Below, one piece after another: positions 25,725-34,879 of a stretch of 64,000 nucleotides of DNA. The DNA is from Microcoleus sp. (GTDB lineage: Bacteria > Cyanobacteriota > Cyanobacteriia > Cyanobacteriales > Microcoleaceae). The notes beneath the pieces were generated by a model. That model was not told the DNA's origin and searched no databases. It saw nothing but the letters and a program-made list of their open reading frames with translations. Position 1 is the stretch's first letter. Every line of letters begins with the position of its first letter. Made by a program: the position numbers and the translations under genes. The stretch is from NCBI GenBank assembly GCA_052279835.1, contig CP181291.1, positions 4,576,001 to 4,640,000 on the forward strand, read 5' to 3'.

Positions 25725-26894
25725 ATGCCACAACATTTAGTTTTAATTGGTGGCGGTCATAGTCATGCTATTGTATTGAAAATGTTCGGCATGAAACCGC
25801 TGTCGGGAGTGCATTTGACTCTGATTACCGACGTGCTGTACGCACCCTATTCGGGGATGCTACCGGGACACATTGCGGGTTTTTACAGTTATGAGGAATG
25901 TCACATCGATTTGCGTTCTCTCTGTGAATTTACTCAGTGCGAGATATTGGTCGATCGGGCGATCGCGATCGACTTTAACAAAAATCAAGTAATTTGTCAA
26001 AATCGCCCCCCCGTTAGTTTTGACTTGCTTTCGATCGATATCGGCAGCACTCCCGCGACTTTATCCGTACCTGGTGCTGCCGAATATGCAATTCCAGCTA
26101 AACCAGTCCCGGAGTTTTTAGCTAACTGGAATCAGTTAATTACATCCCCAGCAAATTATCTAAATCAACCCTTGAATATTGCCATTGTGGGTGGTGGTGC
26201 CGGCGGTGTAGAATTAGCATTAAATATGCAATCTTGTCTGGCTCGAAAAACCGATAATTATCAAATTAACTTGGTTCACAGCGGTGCGGAATTAATGCCA
26301 CAACACAACCAAAAAGTACGTCATCGCCTCAAAAAAAATATCATTAATCGCGGTATCAAACTGCACTTAATGGAAAAAGTGGTGGGTATCAAAAACACCA
26401 AAATAATTGACACAAATAAAAGTTCAGAATGCCACATACCCAATTACGAAATTGCCTGTGAATCCGGATTAAGATTAGACGTAAATCGTATTTTTTGGGT
26501 GACACAAGCCTCCGCAGCTAATTGGATAAAAGCATCGGGTTTAGCCACGGACTCCAACGGGTTTATCCAAGTCAATGATTACTTGCAATCTGTGTCTCAC
26601 CCTCATGTATTTGCCGCTGGGGATATCTGCACGATGATTAATTATCCGCGCCCCAAAGCAGGAGTATTTGCGGTGCGGCAGGGCCCGCCTTTATTTGAAA
26701 ATTTGCAGCGATTTTTATTAGCCAAACCGCTAAAACCCTTTGCACCACAAGCCCAATATTTAGGGCTAATTGGTACTGGGAATAAAAAGGCGATCGCCTC
26801 TCGCGGCTCTTTGATGTGGGAATCCCGGCTACTCTGGTACTGGAAAGATTGGATCGATCGCCAATTTATGCAAAAATTTCAGCATAAAAATTAG
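25725..26894 (+). CDS. FAD-dependent pyridine nucleotide-disulfide oxidoreductase (SelD N-terminal-like, stand-alone)
   Basis: LVLIGGGHSH, YSGMLPG, IVGGGAGGVE, FAAGD, PKAGVFAVRQG, WKDWIDRQFM; no dikinase domain. Confidence 0.88.
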   Translation: MPQHLVLIGGGHSHAIVLKMFGMKPLSGVHLTLITDVLYAPYSGMLPGHIAGFYSYEECHIDLRSLCEFTQCEILVDRAIAIDFNKNQVICQNRPPVSFDLLSIDIGSTPATLSVPGAAEYAIPAKPVPEFLANWNQLITSPANYLNQPLNIAIVGGGAGGVELALNMQSCLARKTDNYQINLVHSGAELMPQHNQKVRHRLKKNIINRGIKLHLMEKVVGIKNTKIIDTNKSSECHIPNYEIACESGLRLDVNRIFWVTQASAANWIKASGLATDSNGFIQVNDYLQSVSHPHVFAAGDICTMINYPRPKAGVFAVRQGPPLFENLQRFLLAKPLKPFAPQAQYLGLIGTGNKKAIASRGSLMWESRLLWYWKDWIDRQFMQKFQHKN

Positions 26895-27027
26895 TATTTG
26901 GGCAAAAAGGCGATCGGAGTAATTCCGCTAACCTAAAAAAACAGCAGATCCAACTAGCCGCAGATTGGAAAATAGGAGGATTCTGATTTATGATAGTAGT
27001 AACCGCAGAAAGGAGTAAAGACTAAAT

Positions 27028-27687
27028 ATGTTCAGAAAAATTGGTTTTTGGCTGATTTGGATTGCCTTTAGCACCTACGCTTTTGTATTTGCACCTCCCG
27101 ACAGCCCCGAAACATTGACCTTAATTACCAATCTTTCCACCGGAAAAATAGCAGAAATTAACCCTTTAATTGTCGCCTTGTTTAATATCATGGGCCTGTG
27201 GCCAATCATTTACAGTTGCGTCTTATTTGCTGACGGTAGAGGACAAAAAATACCAGCGTGGTTATTTGCCATTTTATCCTTTGGTGTCGGTGCATTTGCC
27301 TTATTGCCTTATTTAGCCCTACGGCAACCAAATCCCGAATTTATTGGGAATAAAAATACTTTTTTAAAGGTATTAGATTCCCGGTTTACGGGAATTATAT
27401 TAACATTAGGTGCTGCTGGTTTAGTTGCCTTTGGGTTGACAACAGGCGATTGGTCAGATTTTATTAGCCAATGGCAGACTAGCCGCTTTATTCATGTAAT
27501 GAGTTTAGATTTTTGTATGCTTTCCCTGTTATTTCCCGCATTGCTGGGAGATGACATGGCGCGCCGAGGAATGCACAATAGTACAGTTTTTTGGGCGGTA
27601 ACATTAGTTCCTTTGTTTGGCCCTCTAGTTTATTTGTGTACGCGCCAGTCTTTGCCGGAAAATACAGTGCAAACTGTTACAAATTAG
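27028..27687 (+). CDS. conserved membrane protein (DUF2834-like)
   Basis: Multiple TM helices; LFNIMGLWP, ALLPYLALR, FIHVMSLDF, DDMARR. Confidence 0.75.
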   Translation: MFRKIGFWLIWIAFSTYAFVFAPPDSPETLTLITNLSTGKIAEINPLIVALFNIMGLWPIIYSCVLFADGRGQKIPAWLFAILSFGVGAFALLPYLALRQPNPEFIGNKNTFLKVLDSRFTGIILTLGAAGLVAFGLTTGDWSDFISQWQTSRFIHVMSLDFCMLSLLFPALLGDDMARRGMHNSTVFWAVTLVPLFGPLVYLCTRQSLPENTVQTVTN

Positions 27688-27769
27688 ACAGCATGGCTGA
27701 CAATTATCAGTTTACTTTAGGACTCTATGTCATCATACTAGAAACAGGCTTTCTGGCCTGTTCCACAAC

Positions 27770-28522
27770 ATGAAAAAATTTCCCATCGTTGGCATTACCA
27801 CCTATAACCGCTGTCAAGCAGGCGAATATCGCTTAAATGGATCTTATATTGATGCCGTGCAAGCGGCTGGTGGCATCCCGATTTTACTGCCGCCCAATCA
27901 ATTAAATCCAGCTAGTATTTTTGATATAGTAGACGGTTTAATTTTTTCCGGTGGCGGAGATATTAATCCAGAACTTTATGGCGGTGCGATCGATCGCACA
28001 GTTTATGCGATCGATGCAGAACGTGATAACTTTGAACTAGCCTTAGCCAAACTAGCTTTCAAAGCTGACATACCTGTTTTGGGAGTTTGTCGGGGAATGC
28101 AAATGCTGAATGTAGCTAGCGGTGGTAGTTTGGTGACTCACGTACCCCATGCTTACGGAGAGGAAGTGAGTCATGGAGCGGGAATTCCCCCTCGTGCGAT
28201 CGAGCATAGCATTGAAATTGAACCCAACAGTCGGCTAGCAAAAATTATGGGAACAACTTCCACAACCGTTGTTTCTTGGCATCATCAAGCTGTGCGGAAA
28301 GTAACATCCGATTGGCGAATTGTAGCCGAGGCATCAGACACTTTGGTAGAAGCAATGGAGTATCAAAATCACCCCTGGATGATTGCAATTCAATGGCATC
28401 CGGAAATGTCCCCAAAATGTTTACTAAACTCTCGAATTTTTCGCGCTTTCGTAGAAGCAGCAGCTTCTAAATTGATGAATTCCACCAAGTCAAGTTCAAA
28501 TCAAATTCATACATTTTTATAG
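27770..28522 (+). CDS. peptidase C26 / gamma-glutamyl-GABA hydrolase (PuuD-like)
   Basis: GGGDINP, GVCRGMQ (catalytic Cys), SWHHQ, QWHPE. Confidence 0.92.
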   Translation: MKKFPIVGITTYNRCQAGEYRLNGSYIDAVQAAGGIPILLPPNQLNPASIFDIVDGLIFSGGGDINPELYGGAIDRTVYAIDAERDNFELALAKLAFKADIPVLGVCRGMQMLNVASGGSLVTHVPHAYGEEVSHGAGIPPRAIEHSIEIEPNSRLAKIMGTTSTTVVSWHHQAVRKVTSDWRIVAEASDTLVEAMEYQNHPWMIAIQWHPEMSPKCLLNSRIFRAFVEAAASKLMNSTKSSSNQIHTFL

Positions 28523-28526
28523 TCAC

Positions 28527-28715
28527 TTATTCTTGATAGTCAGTGTCTATTTCAATATCAAGGGTATCTTCATCTATTCTGATATACAGAACATTCGGGC
28601 GACAGCAAACTTGACAATCTTCAATATATGATTGCTCCATTCCCCCACTAATATCCACAAAAGTTGTACTCGGTTCGCCGCAAAAAGCACAGTAATATTC
28701 AGCCGTTGTTTGCAT
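28527..28715 (-). CDS. CPXCG-motif cysteine-rich protein
   Basis: CAFCGE...YIEDCQVCCRP. Confidence 0.88.
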   Translation of the reverse strand: MQTTAEYYCAFCGEPSTTFVDISGGMEQSYIEDCQVCCRPNVLYIRIDEDTLDIEIDTDYQE

Positions 28716-29160
28716 CTTTTTCGCACTCTTTCTTGGTAACTTCGTGGCGGTAACGAAACATATCTGTTAGTCGCATTTCCACCCACCAACCTAATAATAG
28801 ATCGACCATCGGGCCACCAGGTATCGAAAAGGCGATCGCATCTGTCAATCTAGTTTTACCATTTTCTGTGGTAAACTCGTGTCGATGAGTCCAACTCGCC
28901 ATCGGCCCCTCAGTTTGTTCATCAACAAATAACCTATACTGTTGGCACTCAGTATGAATCGCCACCCACTTTACCGGAATCGGCCCCAATGAAAGACGAA
29001 ATTCCGATACAGCACCCACACCAAGTCCACCTTCGCGGCGAATGATTGTCACCGGTTGCCAAGGCGGAGTTAATATTTGTAAAATATCCGGTCTTTCGTG
29101 AAAGTTCCAGACACTTTCAACCGTCGCATCAATTAGCGATGAATATCGAAAATTAGGCAT
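28699..29160 (-). CDS. SRPBCC family protein
   Basis: VWNFHE..LTPPW, FVDEQ.EGP..W.HRHEF, MFRYRH. Confidence 0.88.
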   Translation of the reverse strand: MPNFRYSSLIDATVESVWNFHERPDILQILTPPWQPVTIIRREGGLGVGAVSEFRLSLGPIPVKWVAIHTECQQYRLFVDEQTEGPMASWTHRHEFTTENGKTRLTDAIAFSIPGGPMVDLLLGWWVEMRLTDMFRYRHEVTKKECEKDANNG

Positions 29161-29173
29161 TATTCAAATCTTA

Positions 29174-29533
29174 CTAAACAGTTAATGGCGCTGGCATCTC
29201 AGCATTTACATCATTATCCTCTGTCTCAGTACAAACAGCAACAGTTAGTTTCAATCCCAGAGTTTTTAGCCAAGTTCCCAAACTATAAATCGCATCACTT
29301 CCTTGTTCAGACAGCAATTCATCCAGTTTTTTTAAGTGCAATTCATATTGTTCTGGAGTCATTTTTGATTGACCGAGAGCTTCTGCTACATCGCTGAGAG
29401 CAAGTCTGAGCAATGCTTCGTCAGGTTCTTCACCTTCATCTAATTCAAAATGAGTTTCCAGATAGACTGCCGCATAACTGGGGCTTTTTAGGCGTGCTAT
29501 CAAAAAGTCATGATACGGTAAACTTTTAGGCAT
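29174..29533 (-). CDS. addiction-module antitoxin-like protein (degenerate HTH)
   Basis: YHDFLIARLK..YAAVYLE, LALSDVAEA, LKTLGLKL; 4 bp downstream of the toxin gene. Confidence 0.7.
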   Translation of the reverse strand: MPKSLPYHDFLIARLKSPSYAAVYLETHFELDEGEEPDEALLRLALSDVAEALGQSKMTPEQYELHLKKLDELLSEQGSDAIYSLGTWLKTLGLKLTVAVCTETEDNDVNAEMPAPLTV

Positions 29534-29537
29534 TTTT

Positions 29538-29867
29538 TTAACTCCTATAATTTGTCCAGTATTCTATTGCTTGGCGAATGTCTCGGTCTTGAGTGCTTTT
29601 GTCTCCTCCGCACAGAAGAAGTATAATTGTTGTTCCTACTTGCCCAAAATAGATGCGGAAACCAGGGCCATAGTCTATCCTTAATTCAAAGACTCCTTCT
29701 CCAAGTGATTTACAATCTCCCAGATTCCCCAAAATAACTCGGTTAAGTCTTTTATTGATAATTGTTGAAATTTTGCTATCTCGGAGCGAATCAAACCAGT
29801 TATCAAACGGCACTTGACCGTCTACGGCTACATAACGCTGAATTTCCCTGGGTTGGACTTCTGGCAT
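29538..29867 (-). CDS. RelE/HigB-family toxin (addiction-module killer)
   Basis: GNLGDCKSLGEGVFELRIDYGPGFRIYFG...LLLCGGDKSTQ. Confidence 0.92.
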   Translation of the reverse strand: MPEVQPREIQRYVAVDGQVPFDNWFDSLRDSKISTIINKRLNRVILGNLGDCKSLGEGVFELRIDYGPGFRIYFGQVGTTIILLLCGGDKSTQDRDIRQAIEYWTNYRS

Positions 29868-29943
29868 AATTGTATGATAGTATGTCGCTCCTCATCTTAT
29901 CTTAAACTGGTTGCCAAGGCGGACTCATAATTTGCATAATCTA

Positions 29944-30357
29944 CTAATTATACTCAAGAAATGCCATAGGGGAAAGATGGAAAAAAGTAGCTAATTTTTG
30001 AATTTGACTCGCCGTTAATTCCCGCTTTTGATTCATCACCTCAGATACAAAAAAATCAGATTCAAAAATATCCACCAAATCTTTTTCTTGAATATTGTCT
30101 TCAATTATTAACGCTTTCAGTAGTGCAATACCTTTCAAAACAGGCATTGGCTCACATTTTTGTTCGTAATCATAAACCAGAGTACCCAGTACATTTAAGT
30201 AATCTCGATCGTCTTGGGTCAAATTTCTCCGACTCAGAATAGAATCAATCCGATTTTGTGTAGCGATTAACTCAGCTTCACAAGTAATTGGACGCGGTGG
30301 AAAAGTCGTGATGATCTCAATGTAGTAGCTACTAGGATTTTTCAAACCAGTCGTCAT
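29944..30357 (-). CDS. higA: HigA-type antitoxin / HTH regulator (orphan)
   Basis: FPPRPI, YLNVLGTLVYDYE, QKDLVDIF..VSEVM..KRELT..I.KL..FF. Confidence 0.8.
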   Translation of the reverse strand: MTTGLKNPSSYYIEIITTFPPRPITCEAELIATQNRIDSILSRRNLTQDDRDYLNVLGTLVYDYEQKCEPMPVLKGIALLKALIIEDNIQEKDLVDIFESDFFVSEVMNQKRELTASQIQKLATFFHLSPMAFLEYN

Positions 30358-30387
30358 TTTTCCAGTTCTCCTTTATAATCTAATTTA

Positions 30388-32028
30388 CTAAACGTGAATT
30401 AGTGAATTTTCATATCCTTTTGTATGAGTCATCGCTTCAGCTAAATGCTTCTTCAAAGTCGCTTCGGGCAGCGGTCCTTGCAAGTGACTCCAAGGCAAAA
30501 CCCGATCCAATTCCCACTCCTGGAAAACATAAAAATCCATTTCCGGCAAATGTCCCCGCAATTCCTTAAAAGCCCGCCGATAACTGCCCAATGTATCGCC
30601 GTAATGCCGCACTAATTCTAACAGCTTAGACAAGCGTCGATCGCCCTTTGACAACAAACCCTGAATCACAGACCAGTTATAGCTTTCAGGTCTAAATTCT
30701 AAACCCAACTTCCGCAATTCTTTATCTAAAAACTTCAATCTTTTTTCTGCATCTTTATTGACTCCAAACCACTGAAAAGGAGTGTGAGATTTCGGGACAA
30801 AGGTACTGCAACCAAAAGTTAAGCGCAAACCGGGAGCAGCTTTTTTGACTGCCCGCAGCATGGCTACAGTCGCCTCTAAATCCTCCATTTCTTCCCCCGG
30901 TATTCCCGCCATACCGTAGAGTTTAATGCCCTTTAAACCTCCAACTTTAGCATTGATAGCAGCTTGAATAATTTCCTCATTGGTGAGCTTTTTATTAACT
31001 ATTTTGCGGAGGCGATCGCTGCCACTTTCCACCGCAATCGTCACAGATTTGCTGTCTCTTTTGGTCAAAATTTCCGCAAGTTTCACCGTCACCGTGTTGG
31101 TACGGACTGAAGCAAGACTAAGCCGTACACCATCGTATTTAGGCTGATTTAAATAATCTAATAAAACTTCAAATTCCGGGTGCTGAGTCACGGAAGCACC
31201 CAATAAACCCAAGCGATTTGTCACAGCTAAACCACGGTCTATTGCCGGAATTAGAGAAGCCTCCAAACTCGCAGTTCTAAAAGGTAAAGTCAGATAACTT
31301 GCCAAACAGAAGCGGCACATTTCTGGACAACTCCGAACCACTTCCACCATGTAAATATTTTCCCAAGCAGCCTTGGATGTCACCACAGTAGAAGCAGATA
31401 AAGTATTGCCACGATAAGTCTGTTTTTCAACCACACTGGGAATTGCTGCATCCAGGGGATGAATTGATTGAATACCCTCCGCGACATCCAGATAAGTCAC
31501 TTCGTACAAACTGGGAACATACACTCCCGGAACTTGGGATAAATGGCGCAATTTAGTTTTTCTGTCAGCGGTACGAACTTCTTTAAAAGCATTTATAAAA
31601 TTATCAATCAGATTTTCGCCATCTCCGAGCAAAATCACATCAAAAAAATCAGCGAAAGGTTCGGGGTTGGCAGTAAAAACCGGACCACCACCAAAGACTA
31701 TAGGATGACTATCTGTTCGTTTAGTTGCCCAAATTGGAACTTCTAGAGATTCCAATAAATTGAGAATATTCACATAATCGAGTTCCCAAGAAAAAGAAAA
31801 TCCCAGTAATTCTGGAGTTCTCGGAAGTGGTTCGTGGATATCAGTAAATAAACGACCAACCTCAATATCTGGGCGCACTGCCAAAGTTGCCCACACTATT
31901 TGATAGCCCAGACTGGTAATACCAACCGTGTACTCGTTGGGAAAAGCAAAAATCGTCTGGATAGCGTCAACATCGGGGGTTGCTGGGGCAAATAGCAAGC
32001 GTTCTTCAACAAAGGGATTAGAAGTCAT
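30388..32028 (-). CDS. B12-binding-like radical SAM protein
   Basis: CPEMCRFC (CxxxCxxC); GGGPV..NPEPFADFFD; FVPKSHTPFQW. Confidence 0.92.
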   Translation of the reverse strand: MTSNPFVEERLLFAPATPDVDAIQTIFAFPNEYTVGITSLGYQIVWATLAVRPDIEVGRLFTDIHEPLPRTPELLGFSFSWELDYVNILNLLESLEVPIWATKRTDSHPIVFGGGPVFTANPEPFADFFDVILLGDGENLIDNFINAFKEVRTADRKTKLRHLSQVPGVYVPSLYEVTYLDVAEGIQSIHPLDAAIPSVVEKQTYRGNTLSASTVVTSKAAWENIYMVEVVRSCPEMCRFCLASYLTLPFRTASLEASLIPAIDRGLAVTNRLGLLGASVTQHPEFEVLLDYLNQPKYDGVRLSLASVRTNTVTVKLAEILTKRDSKSVTIAVESGSDRLRKIVNKKLTNEEIIQAAINAKVGGLKGIKLYGMAGIPGEEMEDLEATVAMLRAVKKAAPGLRLTFGCSTFVPKSHTPFQWFGVNKDAEKRLKFLDKELRKLGLEFRPESYNWSVIQGLLSKGDRRLSKLLELVRHYGDTLGSYRRAFKELRGHLPEMDFYVFQEWELDRVLPWSHLQGPLPEATLKKHLAEAMTHTKGYENSLIHV

Positions 32029-32064
32029 TAGTAATTATTGGAGGTGTCTAATTGATTCACTTAT

Positions 32065-32577
32065 TCAAGTATTGTCGGAAATATAATCTTTTTCGTCCTG
32101 TTTTCGAGGTGGTGGACTGTGGAAAGTGGCAATTAACAAACAGATAATTCCAGCATTAATAAAAACATCAGCGAGATTAAAAATTGGGAACCGAATCAAG
32201 CGAAAATCGAGAAAATCCACCACATACCCCGACACAAATCGATCGATCCCATTTCCCAGTGCGCCGCCCAAAATCAAGCCATAGCCAGCTTGTTCCCAGC
32301 GATTAATTCGTGGTCCGAACCAAGCGAGTACCATCAATCCCACACTAACGCCCAAAGACAGCCAGCGCAACCAAATCGCGCCACCATTGCTAAACAAACT
32401 AAAAGCCGCACCAGTATTAACAACATAAGTGAAGTGAAACACCCCAGGTAAGATTGGCTGTGTTTGCGGAGGAACAGCCAATTCAAAATTTTGCACCACC
32501 CAAAATTTAGTCAGATGGTCTAAAACTAGACTGATAATAGCAGCAACCCAGAACCAGGGATTTTTTTTAAAACGCAT
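32065..32577 (-). CDS. lspA: lipoprotein signal peptidase II
   Basis: NTGAAFS, GGALGNGIDR, VVDF, FPIFNLAD. Confidence 0.96.
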   Translation of the reverse strand: MRFKKNPWFWVAAIISLVLDHLTKFWVVQNFELAVPPQTQPILPGVFHFTYVVNTGAAFSLFSNGGAIWLRWLSLGVSVGLMVLAWFGPRINRWEQAGYGLILGGALGNGIDRFVSGYVVDFLDFRLIRFPIFNLADVFINAGIICLLIATFHSPPPRKQDEKDYISDNT

Positions 32578-32635
32578 GAATTAGACAGTAGAACATAGGG
32601 CATCAGGCATGGGAGAATTGACTCAAATCTCGCGG

Positions 32636-32710
32636 GTGATTGCGAGGAGGATGCAGTGCAGGAAAGCAATCCCAACCGCAGCGAGATAATTTTCCCGTTT
32701 CGCAATGACA
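32636..32710. repeat. degenerate GTCATTGCGA-type palindromic repeat
   Basis: Ends GTGATTGCGA...TCGCAATGACA with internal AAGCAATC. Confidence 0.5.
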
Positions 32711-32784
32711 GTATAACCCAATTTTGCACAATTACCAATTCCCTATGCCCTAGGCTATAGGCTCAATTTTCTATTATTTTACCA

Positions 32785-33366
32785 TTAATAAAACATCACT
32801 CGACGTAAAACAAATGACAGCAATGCGATCGCACAAACTACCGCCAACTGTCCAGGCAAAGGATAAACTGAATATTTCAGGATTTGCTCAAACAAACTTG
32901 TGGTTCTGGTGGCTAGCACTAACAAGTGACTTAAAACCAGATAAGTTAAACCGATCGCATGAATTGTAAACAAGCCGCACAAACAACTAAAAGCAATAGA
33001 TTCCAGACGCGAAGCCACCTTAAAAGCCATCCAGCCACACACCCAAGCACCGGGAATAAAACCCAATAAATAACCAAAAGCAGGTTCTTTAATATAGCCA
33101 ATGCCGCCACCTTGAGAAAAAACAGGCCACAAAGTTAGTCCTAAAATTATATAGGCAATTTGTGATAAAGCAGCCGCATTTTTACCACCCATGCAGCCTA
33201 CCAGCAAAACGGCTCCAATTTGATAGTTGACTCCTAAAGAATAAGCCTGAAATCCTCGATTGTCCCAAAACCCAATTGGAGTAGTAACAAAGGCAGGAAA
33301 AAACGCGCCTCCTATCGTTAGGAGTAAACCAATAAAAGCCCAAATTAGTTCTATGGGAACAGGCAT
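32785..33366 (-). CDS. bioY: biotin transporter substrate component
   Basis: AYIILGL..PVFSQGGG..PAFGYLLGF; downstream of bioB. Confidence 0.92.
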   Translation of the reverse strand: MPVPIELIWAFIGLLLTIGGAFFPAFVTTPIGFWDNRGFQAYSLGVNYQIGAVLLVGCMGGKNAAALSQIAYIILGLTLWPVFSQGGGIGYIKEPAFGYLLGFIPGAWVCGWMAFKVASRLESIAFSCLCGLFTIHAIGLTYLVLSHLLVLATRTTSLFEQILKYSVYPLPGQLAVVCAIALLSFVLRRVMFY

Positions 33367-33376
33367 TCGATTTTAG

Positions 33377-33416
33377 CAGTTGACAGTTGACAGTTGACAG
33401 TTGACAGTTGACAGTT
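33377..33416. repeat. STRR-type heptamer tandem (CAGTTGA) x5.7
   Basis: Direct reading of the sequence. Confidence 0.9.
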
Positions 33417-33443
33417 ACATATAGCATTTCTCAGATATATGTT

Positions 33444-33476
33444 AGAACCCCAACTTATTAAAGAAGTTGGGGTTCT
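33444..33476. repeat. 33-bp palindrome, possible terminator (second copy at 56347)
   Basis: AGAACCCCAACTT-ATTAAAG-AAGTTGGGGTTCT. Confidence 0.75.
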
Positions 33477-33508
33477 GGCTATTATGAATTTAACTCAAAA
33501 TTCAAAAT

Positions 33509-34609
33509 TTAACCCTCAAAACTGCCGGGAATTGGTGCTTCGCCACCTTGAAGTCCTAGGGATTCCAACATCGATCGGTCCTGCTCTGCGGGTTGACCCA
33601 TAGTAGTCAGATAATGACCGACCAGCATAGCATTAATTCCAGCTTTTAAGCCCAAATGTTGAAGTTCTCCCATGACAGCTTCTCTACCCCCTGCATAGCG
33701 GATGATTTGAAGAGGAAGTATGAGGCGAAAAATCGCGATCGCCTTTAATGCTTCGTAAGGATCTAGTGGAGGTAAATCACCCAAAGGTGTACCTTTTCTA
33801 GCAGATAGCAAATTCACCGGTACTGACTCAACCTCTAACTCGCGCAAAGACAAAGCTAAATCGATTCTATCTTGCCAACTTTCGCCCATGCCGATAATTC
33901 CACCGCTGCAAGCTTGAATGCCTGCTGCTTTTAAGTTTTTAATCGTAGCAGTGCGATCGCTCCATTTGTGAGTTGTCACAATATTCGGAAAAAACTGCTC
34001 AGACGCCTCTAAATTGTGATTGTAGCGAGTTACTCCCGCCGCTCGCAATTCTTGAGCTTGTTCGACAGTAACTTCTCCCAAAGCGCAGCAAGGCTTAATA
34101 TTAGTTTCCTCAATAATCCGGCGCACTGTGTCAAGAATTTGCTCAAATTCCGAGGATTTCGGGCTGTTATGTTTAATCCCTTTCCCTTGAGAAACCAGAC
34201 AAAATCTTTTCGCCCCGGCTTCCTCGGCCACCTTGGCTTGGGCTAAAATCTCATCGGAGGTTTTTAAGCCATAAATCGGGACATTTTCTCCCGGATGGTG
34301 AGCCGACTGAGAGCAAAAACCGCAATTTTCCGAACAGTTACCAGATTTGACATTAATGATGCTGCACAAGTCTACCGTATTGCCACAGCAAGCTTGACGC
34401 ACGCGATCGGCTGCTTCGCACAGCAGTAAAATATTTTCTTGACCCTCTATTGCTGTCAGAGCCAGCGCTTCTTCTTTGTTGAGGCGATATCCTTTAATTA
34501 TTTGCTCTACGAGGCTATCTAACCGTTGTTGCAGCGGTAATTTTTCCGACATCCAGTCGATCGAACTCTGAGAAAATGTTGGCAGTGGCGCTTGCACCAT
34601 TTCTTGCAC
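33509..34609 (-). CDS. bioB: biotin synthase
   Basis: CSENCGFC, YNHNLE, CSGGIIGMGE, YLTT; start GTG 34609 or ATG 34600. Confidence 0.97.
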   Translation of the reverse strand: MQEMVQAPLPTFSQSSIDWMSEKLPLQQRLDSLVEQIIKGYRLNKEEALALTAIEGQENILLLCEAADRVRQACCGNTVDLCSIINVKSGNCSENCGFCSQSAHHPGENVPIYGLKTSDEILAQAKVAEEAGAKRFCLVSQGKGIKHNSPKSSEFEQILDTVRRIIEETNIKPCCALGEVTVEQAQELRAAGVTRYNHNLEASEQFFPNIVTTHKWSDRTATIKNLKAAGIQACSGGIIGMGESWQDRIDLALSLRELEVESVPVNLLSARKGTPLGDLPPLDPYEALKAIAIFRLILPLQIIRYAGGREAVMGELQHLGLKAGINAMLVGHYLTTMGQPAEQDRSMLESLGLQGGEAPIPGSFEG

Positions 34610-34806
34610 CTTATGAAAACAACCACCATTGTAGGGTTTTCTGGTTCTCTCTCCGGGATATTTTACAATTTACTATGAATTTTGGGGTTAGCGATCGACA
34701 ATCTAGCAAGACTCAGCGGTCCATACCCTTTCAAATATCTTATTGCTCCAAAACTGTCAAGCTTGTTTTGAACTAAAATCTTAATTTAGTGTAAAATGTA
34801 AACAAT

Positions 34807-34839
34807 CTTAACCAAAGCTTTACTTTCGAGCGTTATGCT
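34807..34839 (+). promoter_or_regulatory. putative Pho box (SphR site) and -10 of pstS
   Basis: CTTAACCA (34807) and CTTTACTT (34818) at 11-bp pitch, similar to PyTTAAPyPy(T/A); TATGCT at 34834. Confidence 0.6.
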
Positions 34840-34879
34840 AGGGCCCGACACCCTGTATAGCGTCTAAAAGTTTACACCC

